From: a virus
Virus record (IMG/VR): IMGVR_UViG_3300020455_000616
DNA length: 64,000 nucleotides
Direction: 5' to 3' (one strand)
Shown here piece after piece: positions 45,163-56,200 of this stretch (within the stretch, counting starts at the first letter, position 1; every line of letters starts with the position of its first letter). Both the position numbers and the translations under genes were made by a program. The notes beneath the pieces are model-generated. The model was given only the letters and a program-made list of their open reading frames with translations. It was not told where the DNA came from and made no database searches.

Positions 45163-46815
45163 CTACCTATAATCCCACATGTATGACATATCACCATACT
45201 CATCGGTATACCACCTATCCCCTGTAGAGTCTACAAAACTATTCTCATCCAATCCATTCTCAATAAAACCAAATGGAGACATATCTTGTTCTATTTGATT
45301 TTTTTGCTCTTCATATAATCTCTTACGTACATCCTGATCAGTAATCTCCTTAAAATAGTCTTGTTCTACTAACCATGCATATATTACAAGACACATTGCT
45401 AGGTCATCATTACAACCATCCTCTGCTTCAAATGAATTCCTTTTCTCAATAAATGTAGTTAATTCACTGATAATGTCATAATCCTTAAAAGTAATTTTAT
45501 CCGCTTCAATCATAGTCTTTAGATTTAGACATCCAACCTTTTTAACAGTTTTAGACATCTTGACTCCAAGTTGAGTCTTTTTACCAGAGAATCCTTGACC
45601 TACAACTTGACCTGCTCTACCTCTCATAGAACACATAAGAACATTTTCATACTCTAAGTCGTAATTAAGGATAGATGCTACTTGATCTCCAACATCATTA
45701 ACTTCACATAAAATGTATGCCATATTATAATTCTTAGCAAGATCATGAATTATCGAGGGGAATAACATAGGTTTAATTTCATTATTCCTATACTTGCATA
45801 CTAATTGATGAGGGAAGGTTGTAATATCAATTACTGTGAATGCTGAATAATCATTTCCAACACCACGAGCAACGTCAACAGTAATCACATAATTATGATC
45901 TGGTTTAACATCTTCAAATACATCTAATCCTTTGTTACTAAGTTTTGGTGATTCATAAACTAAATTCCTTAATTTATTAGGACTAATCAAAGTATCAACA
46001 GATCCTAAAAATTCACATTCAAACTCAACACGGAACTGTTGTTCTGAAGTGTTTGCAATAGTTTGTTCCTTCCAAACCTCATCTCTTCCTGGTACATCCC
46101 ACCAATTAACCTCTGTAGGGATATATTCATTCTTCTTACGTTCAGCATCATGCCAAAGTTTATAAAAGTGATTCATCCCGTGAGGGGTAGAAACAATTAT
46201 AACTTTAGTTTTTTGACCAGATGATATAGTAGGATAAACAGAACTAAAGAACTGATCCGCTAAATGGTTTGCAACGAACGCAAATTCGTCTAAGAATATG
46301 ATGTTATAAGATCCACCACGGACTGCAGATGCAGATGTAGACGCAGCAATAATTTTAGAACCATTCTCTAATTCAAGAGATGCTTTGTTCCATGTTAAAA
46401 CTCCCTGCTGCAACCACCTTGGTAAGTTCTCATATGCAGTTTGAAGTCTATCTAATAAATCTTTTGCAGTTGATGCTTTGTTAGCAAGAATTGCTATATT
46501 AATATTATCATTGAATATTGCATAATGAAGAAGATATGATACTACGATTGTAGACTTACCTGACTGTCTAGGTAACTTACAAATATTAAATCTATGATGA
46601 TGGAATCTATCCAACATCTTCTCTTGGAAACTATATGGTTTAAATTGTTGTAAACCATAGTCCAGAGTAACTATGTTTATATACTTCTTTGCAAAATATA
46701 TTGGATCGTCTATACATTTAGAAAACTCAAGAACTTGCTCCTGAGTAAACTCCTGAGTAGTATTGGCTTTTTTTAATAAAGGATTACCGAGATAATGATC
46801 AACTTTAGTAGCCAT
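45163..46815 (-). CDS. gp17: terminase large subunit
   Basis: YLGNPLLK, PRQSGKST, FLDEFAF, VDVARG, NDDLAM. Confidence 0.97.
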   Translation of the reverse strand: MATKVDHYLGNPLLKKANTTQEFTQEQVLEFSKCIDDPIYFAKKYINIVTLDYGLQQFKPYSFQEKMLDRFHHHRFNICKLPRQSGKSTIVVSYLLHYAIFNDNINIAILANKASTAKDLLDRLQTAYENLPRWLQQGVLTWNKASLELENGSKIIAASTSASAVRGGSYNIIFLDEFAFVANHLADQFFSSVYPTISSGQKTKVIIVSTPHGMNHFYKLWHDAERKKNEYIPTEVNWWDVPGRDEVWKEQTIANTSEQQFRVEFECEFLGSVDTLISPNKLRNLVYESPKLSNKGLDVFEDVKPDHNYVITVDVARGVGNDYSAFTVIDITTFPHQLVCKYRNNEIKPMLFPSIIHDLAKNYNMAYILCEVNDVGDQVASILNYDLEYENVLMCSMRGRAGQVVGQGFSGKKTQLGVKMSKTVKKVGCLNLKTMIEADKITFKDYDIISELTTFIEKRNSFEAEDGCNDDLAMCLVIYAWLVEQDYFKEITDQDVRKRLYEEQKNQIEQDMSPFGFIENGLDENSFVDSTGDRWYTDEYGDMSYMWDYR

Positions 46816-47091
46816 TTAATTGCCAGTATAACCTACCTTTGCTCCAAGAACATCTGCATTACCTGCAAATACTGTATGAGTTGGTAGTTTTTCTAATACG
46901 ACTGAACTATTACCATTGATTGTAAATGTACCAAGAGTAGTACCACCAGCAGTCTCTTGTACTGTAACCAAATAGTTAGTACCAGCAGCAGCGGTATTCA
47001 CAAGACGGACGACAGTTGCTTCGGTGAAACTAGTTCCTGCACCTGCACTTGTAGGGCATGGGATTTCAGTTCCTTTGATGTTAATTAACAT
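46816..47091 (-). CDS. small beta-rich hypothetical protein, possibly structural
   Basis: T/G/A-rich ORF in the late operon. Confidence 0.65.
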   Translation of the reverse strand: MLINIKGTEIPCPTSAGAGTSFTEATVVRLVNTAAAGTNYLVTVQETAGGTTLGTFTINGNSSVVLEKLPTHTVFAGNADVLGAKVGYTGN

Positions 47092-47117
47092 GATACTTTA
47101 ATGTTCCGTAGTTGTAT

Positions 47118-49295
47118 TTAGGAGTTCTCGTCCCTATCTATGTCCTTATTTCTTTGTGCTTTTACCTTTTTAATATAATCATCTAAAGCCATTTTTGACT
47201 TTTTATCACTTGCTTTCATCTTGTCGAGATTTGCTCTCATAGCATCAGCAATTTTACCTTCATTCATAAATCCTGTTAAAGACTTAAGAAGTTGTTCCTT
47301 CTTCAAACCTTTAAAAGATCCTTTACCTTGTCTGATATTAGACTTACCATATGGATATCTTAATTCCATTTCTGGACTATCAGCAGACTTACGATATGAT
47401 GGTGGGTTTCCTCTTTTACCTGCTTTCTTTCTATCTCCAAAATTAGACTTATCTAATCTTCTACCATGCTTGTAAGCAAAACCTTTACTTACTTGACTAC
47501 TTGCCATGTCTTTTTGAGCATCAGACATACCAGCAGTATGTGATGCAAAACGGTTTTCATACTGAGGATGACCTTTTATGTTCTCCTCTCCACCATGCTT
47601 TTTAGCAAGAGCTTTTCTCTTCTTCTCATAATCAGGAGATTTGGTATTGTCATACTTTGCCTTTGCTTCATCAACTTTGTCTTTCTTGTGGCGATCATCC
47701 CCATATGTAATGCAAGGATTTTGACCACATCCACAATTTTTTTCACCCTTCCCTTCAGGTATAACATGTTCATGCATTTCAGTAACAAGAATTTCTAAAT
47801 CTTCTACAGGAACACCTTCAACAATATACTCTGCAAATTCAACATCATAATGAGCAACGTTACCATTCTCATCTAGGTCATGTGCTTCTGGAATACAATT
47901 TCCGATTCCATACTCTTCATGCTTTACCTTTGATGCACAGTTATGGTTTTTTGCTTTCTTTTCTCTTTTACTAATCTTACCATCTACATCACTCTTTTCA
48001 TACCACTTACCATCACCATCATCGTCTTGCCATCTTTTTCCTTCTTTTTGCACCTTAATGATTGGGTTCTGATCATTATCAAATTGTGCCATATTACTTG
48101 GCAATTCATACTTATCAAAGTATTGAACTTGACAACCAGGATATACCTTACATACTTCATCTTGAACATCTTTTCTCGTTGGCATAGTTGCCTGAGGGAA
48201 GAACATCTTAATGTTATACATCTTACCTCTCCAGTTCACACCAACCATGATGAGATTACCGAATTCTGATGGGAGCCTTACTGCTTCATCAACTGTCATT
48301 TGGAGTTCCTCCTTTTTAGTTTTCTTCTCAGGTAAACCTTTGTGCTTTGTAGATGCAAAATCCTTTGCATCTCCTTTACCAATTTCACTTGCAACTTTTG
48401 CTACTTCAGGGGAAGAAGCACCCTCACCCTTTTGTGCTGCACGAACCATACCAAAAAATCTTTGCTGTTTTTTAGAGACTGCATCTTCATCTATTCCTAG
48501 TTTCCGATCTATCTCTTTAGAGATGTCTTTTCTCTCTTTTGCCTTTGCTTTTGCTTTTGCTTGTTTAGCAGCAGTTTGTGCAAATTGTTTTCTTGATGCT
48601 GATTGAGATGCTTGTGACTTTTGAACAGATGAAGCAGCATTTGCTTTTTGCTTCTGAACATTTGCCATTCTCTTATCATCAAGAGCATATTCATTAACAT
48701 CTACATTACCTTGAGTATTTGTAGACTTATGAATAGTCTTATGTCTATGATCTCTTGCTGACTTAGTTGCTTTGAGTTCCTTATCCTTTTGAGAATAATT
48801 ATCCTCTTCACCAATCCATTGATCAGAAGCATGCATTTTAGGCATAACATCTTCTGGTCTGATTAAATCAATAATCTCAGCAAACTTCTTACCATCAGCG
48901 GTATGAAGTACTACGTTTTCAGTGCTCATTCCACCTGGATCAATTGCTTGATCTCCACCATCCTCTTGATCACCTTCAGGGTCATCTGGTACAAGACGAC
49001 CTTTAGAATTCATATGTGAACCTTTAGGAACCTTCTTGCATTTTTTATCAGTATAACAATAATACTGACCCTTACCACATGATTTATTCATGTGAGCCTC
49101 TTCAATCTCAGTAATAATTAAGTCCACAATTCTTAACCCCTCAATCTGTGGATTAGGAGGTAATTCAATTTTAGACTTCAGTTTGCTTTTCGCCACAGAA
49201 ACTTCATTAGGATTAGACGATTTAGTCATGTTCCTAATCTTAGACTGTTTAGAAGCAGCTTTATGAGATTTTTTGTCAATTGCAAAACTCGTCAT
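47118..49295 (-). CDS. 725-aa highly charged mosaic protein, possible head internal protein
   Basis: K/D/E-rich short modules separated by hydrophobic-x-E motifs; GATAAATA upstream. Confidence 0.6.
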   Translation of the reverse strand: MTSFAIDKKSHKAASKQSKIRNMTKSSNPNEVSVAKSKLKSKIELPPNPQIEGLRIVDLIITEIEEAHMNKSCGKGQYYCYTDKKCKKVPKGSHMNSKGRLVPDDPEGDQEDGGDQAIDPGGMSTENVVLHTADGKKFAEIIDLIRPEDVMPKMHASDQWIGEEDNYSQKDKELKATKSARDHRHKTIHKSTNTQGNVDVNEYALDDKRMANVQKQKANAASSVQKSQASQSASRKQFAQTAAKQAKAKAKAKERKDISKEIDRKLGIDEDAVSKKQQRFFGMVRAAQKGEGASSPEVAKVASEIGKGDAKDFASTKHKGLPEKKTKKEELQMTVDEAVRLPSEFGNLIMVGVNWRGKMYNIKMFFPQATMPTRKDVQDEVCKVYPGCQVQYFDKYELPSNMAQFDNDQNPIIKVQKEGKRWQDDDGDGKWYEKSDVDGKISKREKKAKNHNCASKVKHEEYGIGNCIPEAHDLDENGNVAHYDVEFAEYIVEGVPVEDLEILVTEMHEHVIPEGKGEKNCGCGQNPCITYGDDRHKKDKVDEAKAKYDNTKSPDYEKKRKALAKKHGGEENIKGHPQYENRFASHTAGMSDAQKDMASSQVSKGFAYKHGRRLDKSNFGDRKKAGKRGNPPSYRKSADSPEMELRYPYGKSNIRQGKGSFKGLKKEQLLKSLTGFMNEGKIADAMRANLDKMKASDKKSKMALDDYIKKVKAQRNKDIDRDENS

Positions 49296-49313
49296 TTTAA
49301 ACGCAGTTTTTTT

Positions 49314-49748
49314 CTATTTATCTTCTTTCTCAGTTCTATTTTTCTTTAGCAACTTAGATAGTTCTGCTGTCGAACCAAAGAACATTGCATTAGTGACATT
49401 AGTTGGACCTTTACTATTGTCTTCTTCTACTTCTTTTATCTTCTTCTGGAGATCCATTAATTTATCTGTGGTATCTGCAACAGACTTAATAAGTTGACCT
49501 ACAACTTCAAATGCTCTTGCTTGACCCTGATCTACAGCAATCTCTAATGCACTATCAAGTGCCTCTTGGCCCTTCTCTATAATACTGTAAAGATTGCCAC
49601 GAGTATACTCATAATCCTTATCAATATCAATCTCTTTTGATTTAGAGACTTTCTCAGGTTTCTTAGGTTCTTTTACTACTTCAGATTCTACAGGTTCTGC
49701 AGGTGTAATATCAAAAGTATCATTTAGATCTTCAAATTTGTCTTTCAT
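49314..49748 (-). CDS. gp16: terminase small subunit
   Basis: DYEYTRGNLYSIIEKGQEA, RAFEV, GSTAELSKLL. Confidence 0.88.
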   Translation of the reverse strand: MKDKFEDLNDTFDITPAEPVESEVVKEPKKPEKVSKSKEIDIDKDYEYTRGNLYSIIEKGQEALDSALEIAVDQGQARAFEVVGQLIKSVADTTDKLMDLQKKIKEVEEDNSKGPTNVTNAMFFGSTAELSKLLKKNRTEKEDK

Positions 49749-49750
49749 AA

Positions 49751-50752
49751 TTAGTTTCCACTAAATCCAAAATCATCACCACCTTCTATTAGTGCATTAT
49801 CAGCAGACGTTATTCCCTTAACATCACTACCACGAACATGTTCAATAGCAGTTGTATTATAAGAAGCACGTTTTACACTTAACTTATTACCAGTAATAGA
49901 TTCAATATACATTGTCTCGTTATTAATATCAATAAATGTTAGTGCTGATAATCCTGCAGGATCATCTACTGGTATAACAGTAGAACTCGCAAGAACATCT
50001 TCTGCTAGATTTGCAATAACATCTCCAGTGTAGTTCTTTGTAGCAACTGGAGTAGCATATGTAATCTGACGACCTGTACCATATGCTGCACTTCTTTCTC
50101 CAGGTGTAATACCAACAGATACTTTTTTGATAAGATCTTTTGGTGCAACTGGAACTGGTCCGAACAGATATGTCTTAGCACTAAAGTTTAACTTATAAAG
50201 AAGAACTCTTCTCTCTGTATAGTCTCCTTCATAATTATCTTCAAAACCAACATTCTCTAAAGTAATCGGTATATCTTTCTTCTCTCCAATACTCTCTACT
50301 AAGTCAATAGTAACTGTATAATTTGGTTGAAAATATGGAAGTATCTGTTCTACAATCTGTAAAGCATCATCATTCAAAAGAGTCATTATATTTAACTCAA
50401 ATGTCATATTGTAAGGAACTGGCATGTAAACCTTACGAACATCTTTTTTATCAGTTTTGATAGAAGTAGTAAATGTTTGAGTAGCACCTAATTTTCTACT
50501 AGTATCATATTCAATACCAGTAAACTCAAAGGACATCCTAGGCAAACTCATAGATACTGGTTTATTCAGTTCTGGTTGCTGTTCGATCCTTGCTAAAAAC
50601 TTTTGTGTTGGCCCATACGCTAAAGGAACCTTAATAATAGCAGATGGATCATTAGGAGCAGCACCATCCCTATGGATAGTGATCCCGTTAAAAAGGGTTC
50701 CAAAAGCAATTACAGTCTTTCTAAAAATTTGATGGTAAAAATGGTCAAACAT
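49751..50752 (-). CDS. gp15: tail sheath stabiliser / terminator
   Basis: FYHQIFRKTVIAFGTLFN, KVPLAYGP, LPRMSFE, QILPYFQP. Confidence 0.92.
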   Translation of the reverse strand: MFDHFYHQIFRKTVIAFGTLFNGITIHRDGAAPNDPSAIIKVPLAYGPTQKFLARIEQQPELNKPVSMSLPRMSFEFTGIEYDTSRKLGATQTFTTSIKTDKKDVRKVYMPVPYNMTFELNIMTLLNDDALQIVEQILPYFQPNYTVTIDLVESIGEKKDIPITLENVGFEDNYEGDYTERRVLLYKLNFSAKTYLFGPVPVAPKDLIKKVSVGITPGERSAAYGTGRQITYATPVATKNYTGDVIANLAEDVLASSTVIPVDDPAGLSALTFIDINNETMYIESITGNKLSVKRASYNTTAIEHVRGSDVKGITSADNALIEGGDDFGFSGN

Positions 50753-50754
50753 AA

Positions 50755-52164
50755 TTATACATTTCCAAATGGGTTACTTTCGCTAAAATCTAAAAGATTA
50801 TCTGCCTCAGACTCTATCGTAGTGTTCTGAGCAAATCCAGAATCTGGATTATCATCACTATTTAGATCACTTATAGCAAACTTTGTAGAAGTCTCTTGTC
50901 CGACAACATATTCACCTTTTTGGAAGGTTCCAACAATCTGCCCTACTCGTAACTCTCTAGTTACAGCATTCCAAGTCTTAACTTGTGCAGTTGCACTACT
51001 TGCCGTACCAACTATATCTTCTCCTCTATTAAATGAACCAGTTCCTCCAGTCTGTACTGGTGGTGCAATTAATATCTCTGGAACATCAGTATAGTACCCA
51101 CCACAAGATTCGTAAACAAGTGCTGTAACTGAACCTGCAGCAGACACAACAGCATGCACTACCGCTGGTATAGTTGTACTACCAATACCACTATACCCAT
51201 CAGGTGCAAATGCTACCGTTGGTATTCCAATATATCCACCACCACCATTAGTGATGGTAATGATACCACAAACACCGTCAGCAATATTTGCTACACCATA
51301 TGCTCCACTTCCAGTATCAGTCATAAAACCAACTCTAGGTGCAACAGTATATCCAGAACCTGGATTTGTTAGATCAACTGCTTGAACTCTTGATAGATCT
51401 TCATTTGGTTCACAAAAATCTACAAGTCCCGATATCATTGACGCTACACCAACTGCAGTTTGTCCTCCTATAGGAGCAGAAGAGAATGCAACTTGAGGTG
51501 CTTGAGTATATCCAGAACCTCTTCTAGATATCATAATATTGCGTACACCACCATTAACTAAAGTTGTTACAGCAGTTGCTTGTGTTGCTATTCCAGCAAG
51601 AGTAAATGATTGAATATAACCTTCTTCTTCTACGTTATCATCAATAAAGTCTATTCCAGTATCTACCTCTTCGTCGTTGTATATGAAGAGTTCACATCTT
51701 AATTCATAAACATAATTCTTCTTTAATTGATAGAATGGTTTTTCATGTTCAACATACTTAATCTCAAACAATCTATCACCTAATGGGAAGTATATTAAAT
51801 CACCCTCTTTAGGACGAGATGCTAACTTAACTCCCTTTAATGGTTCTATACGTTTTTGTATTTCTTCTTCATATCTCTCTCTAGAGATAATCAATGTTAG
51901 ATCATCTAACTCTTGAACACCGAACTTAGATAGAAGTGTTCCTGCTCCAGAGTATCCATCAAAAGTCTCAACATATCCTTCTATGGGGATAGCATTAGCA
52001 AAGTTTGATCTAGATACCTCTTCCATCACGGATTTTTCATTACCAAAAATTCTTGGTATGTAATAAACTTCCACACCAAACATCTTCAGTTGTTCATTTA
52101 TTAAATCCTGAACAAGATTCTGTTCTCCTTTAGATCCGTGTAGGAAAAATGGGTTAAGTGCCAT
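50755..52164 (-). CDS. gp14: neck protein with central insertion
   Basis: EQLKMFGVEVYYIPR, RPKEGDLIYFPL, FSESNPFG. Confidence 0.9.
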   Translation of the reverse strand: MALNPFFLHGSKGEQNLVQDLINEQLKMFGVEVYYIPRIFGNEKSVMEEVSRSNFANAIPIEGYVETFDGYSGAGTLLSKFGVQELDDLTLIISRERYEEEIQKRIEPLKGVKLASRPKEGDLIYFPLGDRLFEIKYVEHEKPFYQLKKNYVYELRCELFIYNDEEVDTGIDFIDDNVEEEGYIQSFTLAGIATQATAVTTLVNGGVRNIMISRRGSGYTQAPQVAFSSAPIGGQTAVGVASMISGLVDFCEPNEDLSRVQAVDLTNPGSGYTVAPRVGFMTDTGSGAYGVANIADGVCGIITITNGGGGYIGIPTVAFAPDGYSGIGSTTIPAVVHAVVSAAGSVTALVYESCGGYYTDVPEILIAPPVQTGGTGSFNRGEDIVGTASSATAQVKTWNAVTRELRVGQIVGTFQKGEYVVGQETSTKFAISDLNSDDNPDSGFAQNTTIESEADNLLDFSESNPFGNV

Positions 52165-52168
52165 GATC

Positions 52169-53023
52169 TTAACCTATCATATCCAACGGTGGCAATTCGT
52201 GAGTAGAAGACATTTTTTCAATAATAGCGTCTATTTCTCTTTGCCCATCGTCTTGTATTTGTCTTCCATTCATCTCAATACCACCTGGTAATTTGACTCC
52301 TTGGAATTTGCTTAAATTTATACCCCATTGCTTCTTGATTAATGCAGTCAAATAAGGTTTTAAAAATCTATCATTCCAAATTTGATCAGAAGTAGCAGGA
52401 TCAAGTGCCCTATAACAATCTAAAATTAAATAGTTACCTGGAACCTGTGTTCTCCAATCAATATCAAGATAAAGTCTATCTTCTCTCTGATTATATCTTA
52501 TTTGTTTTTGAGTTGATAATAACCAATCCAAATCTTCAAGATAACTCTTGGTCATTGAATATGTTAGTAATTCAGTTGATCCCAAATAATAAATGTCATT
52601 TAAAAATAACTGATACTTGATACTGAACATTCCAGCAGAAAGTCCACCACCACCTTCAAATTTAAAAATCTTTGATACACCCATAACTGAGGGTGGGACT
52701 TTTATATAATTACCATTCTCATACCAATTAAAAGTTACATTCCCTTGACCAGGAATATTATCTGTTACAGAAGTAGTAGCAATACCAACTTTACCTCCTT
52801 CATGTGGATACTCAACAGTACCCCTATCAATATCTTCTTGAGTTATTTTATACTTCAAGAATGCTTGAGTAGTACCATCAAAATGACGTTCATGGAATAA
52901 TTGAATAGCATCATCTACCAGATCGTCGATCTGTTCTTCTGCAACGTTGATTTCCAATACAGGAGAACCAAGTTGTCTCCTACAATAATCTATTAATCCT
53001 TGACGACTGGTTGGTTTGGCCAT
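52169..53023 (-). CDS. gp13: neck protein
   Basis: LIDYCRRQLGSPVLEINV, LIKKQWGINL.KF, LPGG. Confidence 0.92.
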   Translation of the reverse strand: MAKPTSRQGLIDYCRRQLGSPVLEINVAEEQIDDLVDDAIQLFHERHFDGTTQAFLKYKITQEDIDRGTVEYPHEGGKVGIATTSVTDNIPGQGNVTFNWYENGNYIKVPPSVMGVSKIFKFEGGGGLSAGMFSIKYQLFLNDIYYLGSTELLTYSMTKSYLEDLDWLLSTQKQIRYNQREDRLYLDIDWRTQVPGNYLILDCYRALDPATSDQIWNDRFLKPYLTALIKKQWGINLSKFQGVKLPGGIEMNGRQIQDDGQREIDAIIEKMSSTHELPPLDMIG

Positions 53024-53024
53024 T

Positions 53025-53255
53025 TTACTTATCTAACAATTGTCCTAACATAGATTTTATATCACTTAGATCAGACTTAAGCCCTTGAATATCTTGTTCA
53101 AGGGTTTGTACTTTGTCTATCTCTTTTGATTTTGCTCTCTTTAGGGCAAGGTATTGTTCATGTCCTTTTTTATCGTTATTGATAATGGCATTGGTCTTAG
53201 TATCCCTTACGAGATAACTATGACCTTCAACCTTTAAAAAACGTGGATTGTACAT
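53025..53255 (-). CDS. hypothetical protein (coiled-coil C-terminus)
   Basis: LVRDTKTNAIIN pattern; in-operon. Confidence 0.7.
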   Translation of the reverse strand: MYNPRFLKVEGHSYLVRDTKTNAIINNDKKGHEQYLALKRAKSKEIDKVQTLEQDIQGLKSDLSDIKSMLGQLLDK

Positions 53256-53257
53256 AA

Positions 53258-56200
53258 TTACGCTAATGCAATTGCCCTTAAGTCACGTATCCTTGGTGGA
53301 TATGCTTGATCTGTTCCAGTTCCAACAATCTTAATACTGAAGTATCTAAACTCAGGAAGATCGTCAACACTAAATTCATAATCTGTGAACGGAAGATCAT
53401 CACTACCATGAGCAAGAACATCCGTCTTAGGAATTTTCTTATCAGGTAGTCCACTGTTCTTAGCAATATCTTTGATTGCACCATTGACATCCAAATTATC
53501 ATATCCAGGGAATGGATAGTAAATTGGGTCTGATTCTAAATCATTTGATATTGAATAGAAGCATCTCAGATCACTAGAAGTATTAGTATATGCTGCCATC
53601 AAGACTTTAATCGAAGTAGCAGAATTTTCTAGTGTAATTGGTTTATTAGCATAGATGAACGCTGTTGGATCTTCTACGATTGTCGATGCTCTAGAATCAC
53701 CAGCATAATCGGTAATTGGAGCATTAACTCTGTTACTAATAAGAACCATACCAACTCTATCCAAGTCAATGACTGGAGAGATATCGCTATCTGAGGAAGA
53801 TAATGTAAATGTTACTTCCATAGACTTGTTACCAGGACGACTGTCTAAACGCTCAAGTTCATTGACTCGTGAGGCAATCATTCTAGGTGCATCAAGGTAA
53901 GTATCTTCTTCAATATTGATTGGAGTTGCTTCAGTCTCAACAAAGGACTGTTCAATACCATCAATACTTGTGGCAGTAGTATTCTTCATCTCTGCCTTAA
54001 TATTAGTATCTGGTAGAACCATTGTTTGAACAACAGGTCTTATTGCTTCAAACTGGATGTTTTGAGTTGCATGCATCTCTTCACCACCAGCAGACTTGGA
54101 TTCATTGATAAACAATTTAGGGAACCCAATTCCAGTACTACGATCTGTTCCATCAAGAGATGGGTTGATCTTAATGAAGTAAGAATCAAGAGTAATAGAT
54201 CTTGCAGGAGTAGCATCTTGAAGATCATGTGTCTTGTTGATACGTCTTAAGGATATTCCATTAATCTCATACTTCTCAACTGGTGTTTTAGATGGATAAG
54301 TAAACGGAGTTGTTTGATCAATAGATCTAGTAATTCCTGTTAACTGACCAGCAGCAATTCCAGTGTAGGAGATGATTTCATCATTAACCCTAATATAGCC
54401 AGGGTTAGTAGCAGCAACACCAACATTCTCAAAGGATTCAAATCCTGAAGTATTAGCAATACCAATAGCAGCAGAACTAGAATTTGAGTACTCTGCGGAC
54501 AGAGTAGTTATTTTAGTATCAGACTGTACATCAGCAATAATAACTTTGTTAGTGTCTTGATGCATACCGTGGTTCTTATGGTTCACTTTAATATGCATAC
54601 CATCTTCTTCTAAAGTACTTAGTGCATAATCACTAATGTTTACATCAGAACCAAATCCAACGGATACCATAGTGGTAATTCCCGTAGAAGGACTAACATA
54701 TTGAAGTGGTTTTGTACTACTAATTTCAAAGTCACCTTGAATATCATCTAGAATTAATTCATTAATTCCAGTAACTGCACCTAATGATAGTTGCATGTTT
54801 CTACCCAACTGATCATTACCAATTGTAGGTATTGATAGAACATCACCAACTTGATATCCAGATCCACCAGCATTAATGGTTGCAGCAATAGCAACACCAT
54901 TTACACCGTTAGATGTACCAACTGTAATGTCTGCAGTTGCATTCTTACCATTTCCACTAAAGGAGTCTAAAGATACACCAGTAAAGGTAAACTGAGAACC
55001 ATTAGTAGGTGTGTATCCAATACCAGCATTAATAATACTTAGATCACCAGTTGCAGAACCACCAGCACCAACATAATTTGCAGATGCATTAGCATTTTTC
55101 TGAATAACTGTATTTCCAAGAACTAAACCACTTGTGTTTACAAGATCATCTGTTGTTACAATAAGTTTCTTAGAATTAAATTCTAGAGAATCTTTAACCA
55201 AAGTAGCAATTTGGTTATTACCTTTTGCTAGTTCTGGGTTGTAGAATGATATTGTTCCAGAGTTTGAAGTAAAGTCAGCATGGTAAAGACTAAACTTAAG
55301 ATCTTCATACTGACTTGGGTTCCATGTTGAACCATTCTGCGACTTGAATAGAGATCCAAGACTTGGTTGTGCGGATACAACAACCTGTCTAGATTCTGGT
55401 TGCAGAAGAGTTGTAATGTCAACTTCACCCATTCTGGAGATCCAAACTGTATATTCGTTAGACTGTGATAGTAAAACGATACAATGGTCTGTCTTAGGTT
55501 CTAAGTAAACAGGTGATGGGAACTTAACCGTAGTAGGTGTTCCAGCATCTGCTGACTCAAAAATGTCTTTTGCCTCTACAATTGTTTCACCAAAAGGATA
55601 AACCTCTTCTGAAGGAACACCAGCAACCATCGGTCTCAACTGTACCGTTACAGGTAGCAGTGGATCTTTTGTTCTAAAGAAGATGTCTACTTGAGTTACA
55701 AAGAATCCAGCATCATTTTGAACAGAGAATGACTGTGCAAGAGGATCTTTACCGCCCCTTGCTGGTCTCCTAGGAGGCGTTGGGGGTGGTGTTGGGATTG
55801 GGGGTGGTGGAGGTGGAGGAGGGGGTGGTACTGGCCTAGGTGGTCTAGGTGGTGGAACCGTAATTATTAGTATCGGTGGTCTAGGTCTAGGTGGTGGCTG
55901 TACTGGTGGCCTTGGTGGTGGCGTAGGGGGTGGTGGGGGAGGTGGAGGTGGAGGTGGTAATGGTACTCTCGTTGTCTCATTACTTGTACTTACTGATTGT
56001 GTAGATGTAACATCTGTAGCAGCACGAGTTTCAGAAGCATTTTGTACATCAAACCTAGGTCTTCTAGTAGATCTGATAGTCTCCTGCATATTATTAATTG
56101 TACCTTGAGCAAAGTATGACTCTTCACCAAATGTTCCAGTCATTCCACCAATAGTACTATTAGTAGCATTACTTGTTAATCTGAATAACTTAGTTCCAAC

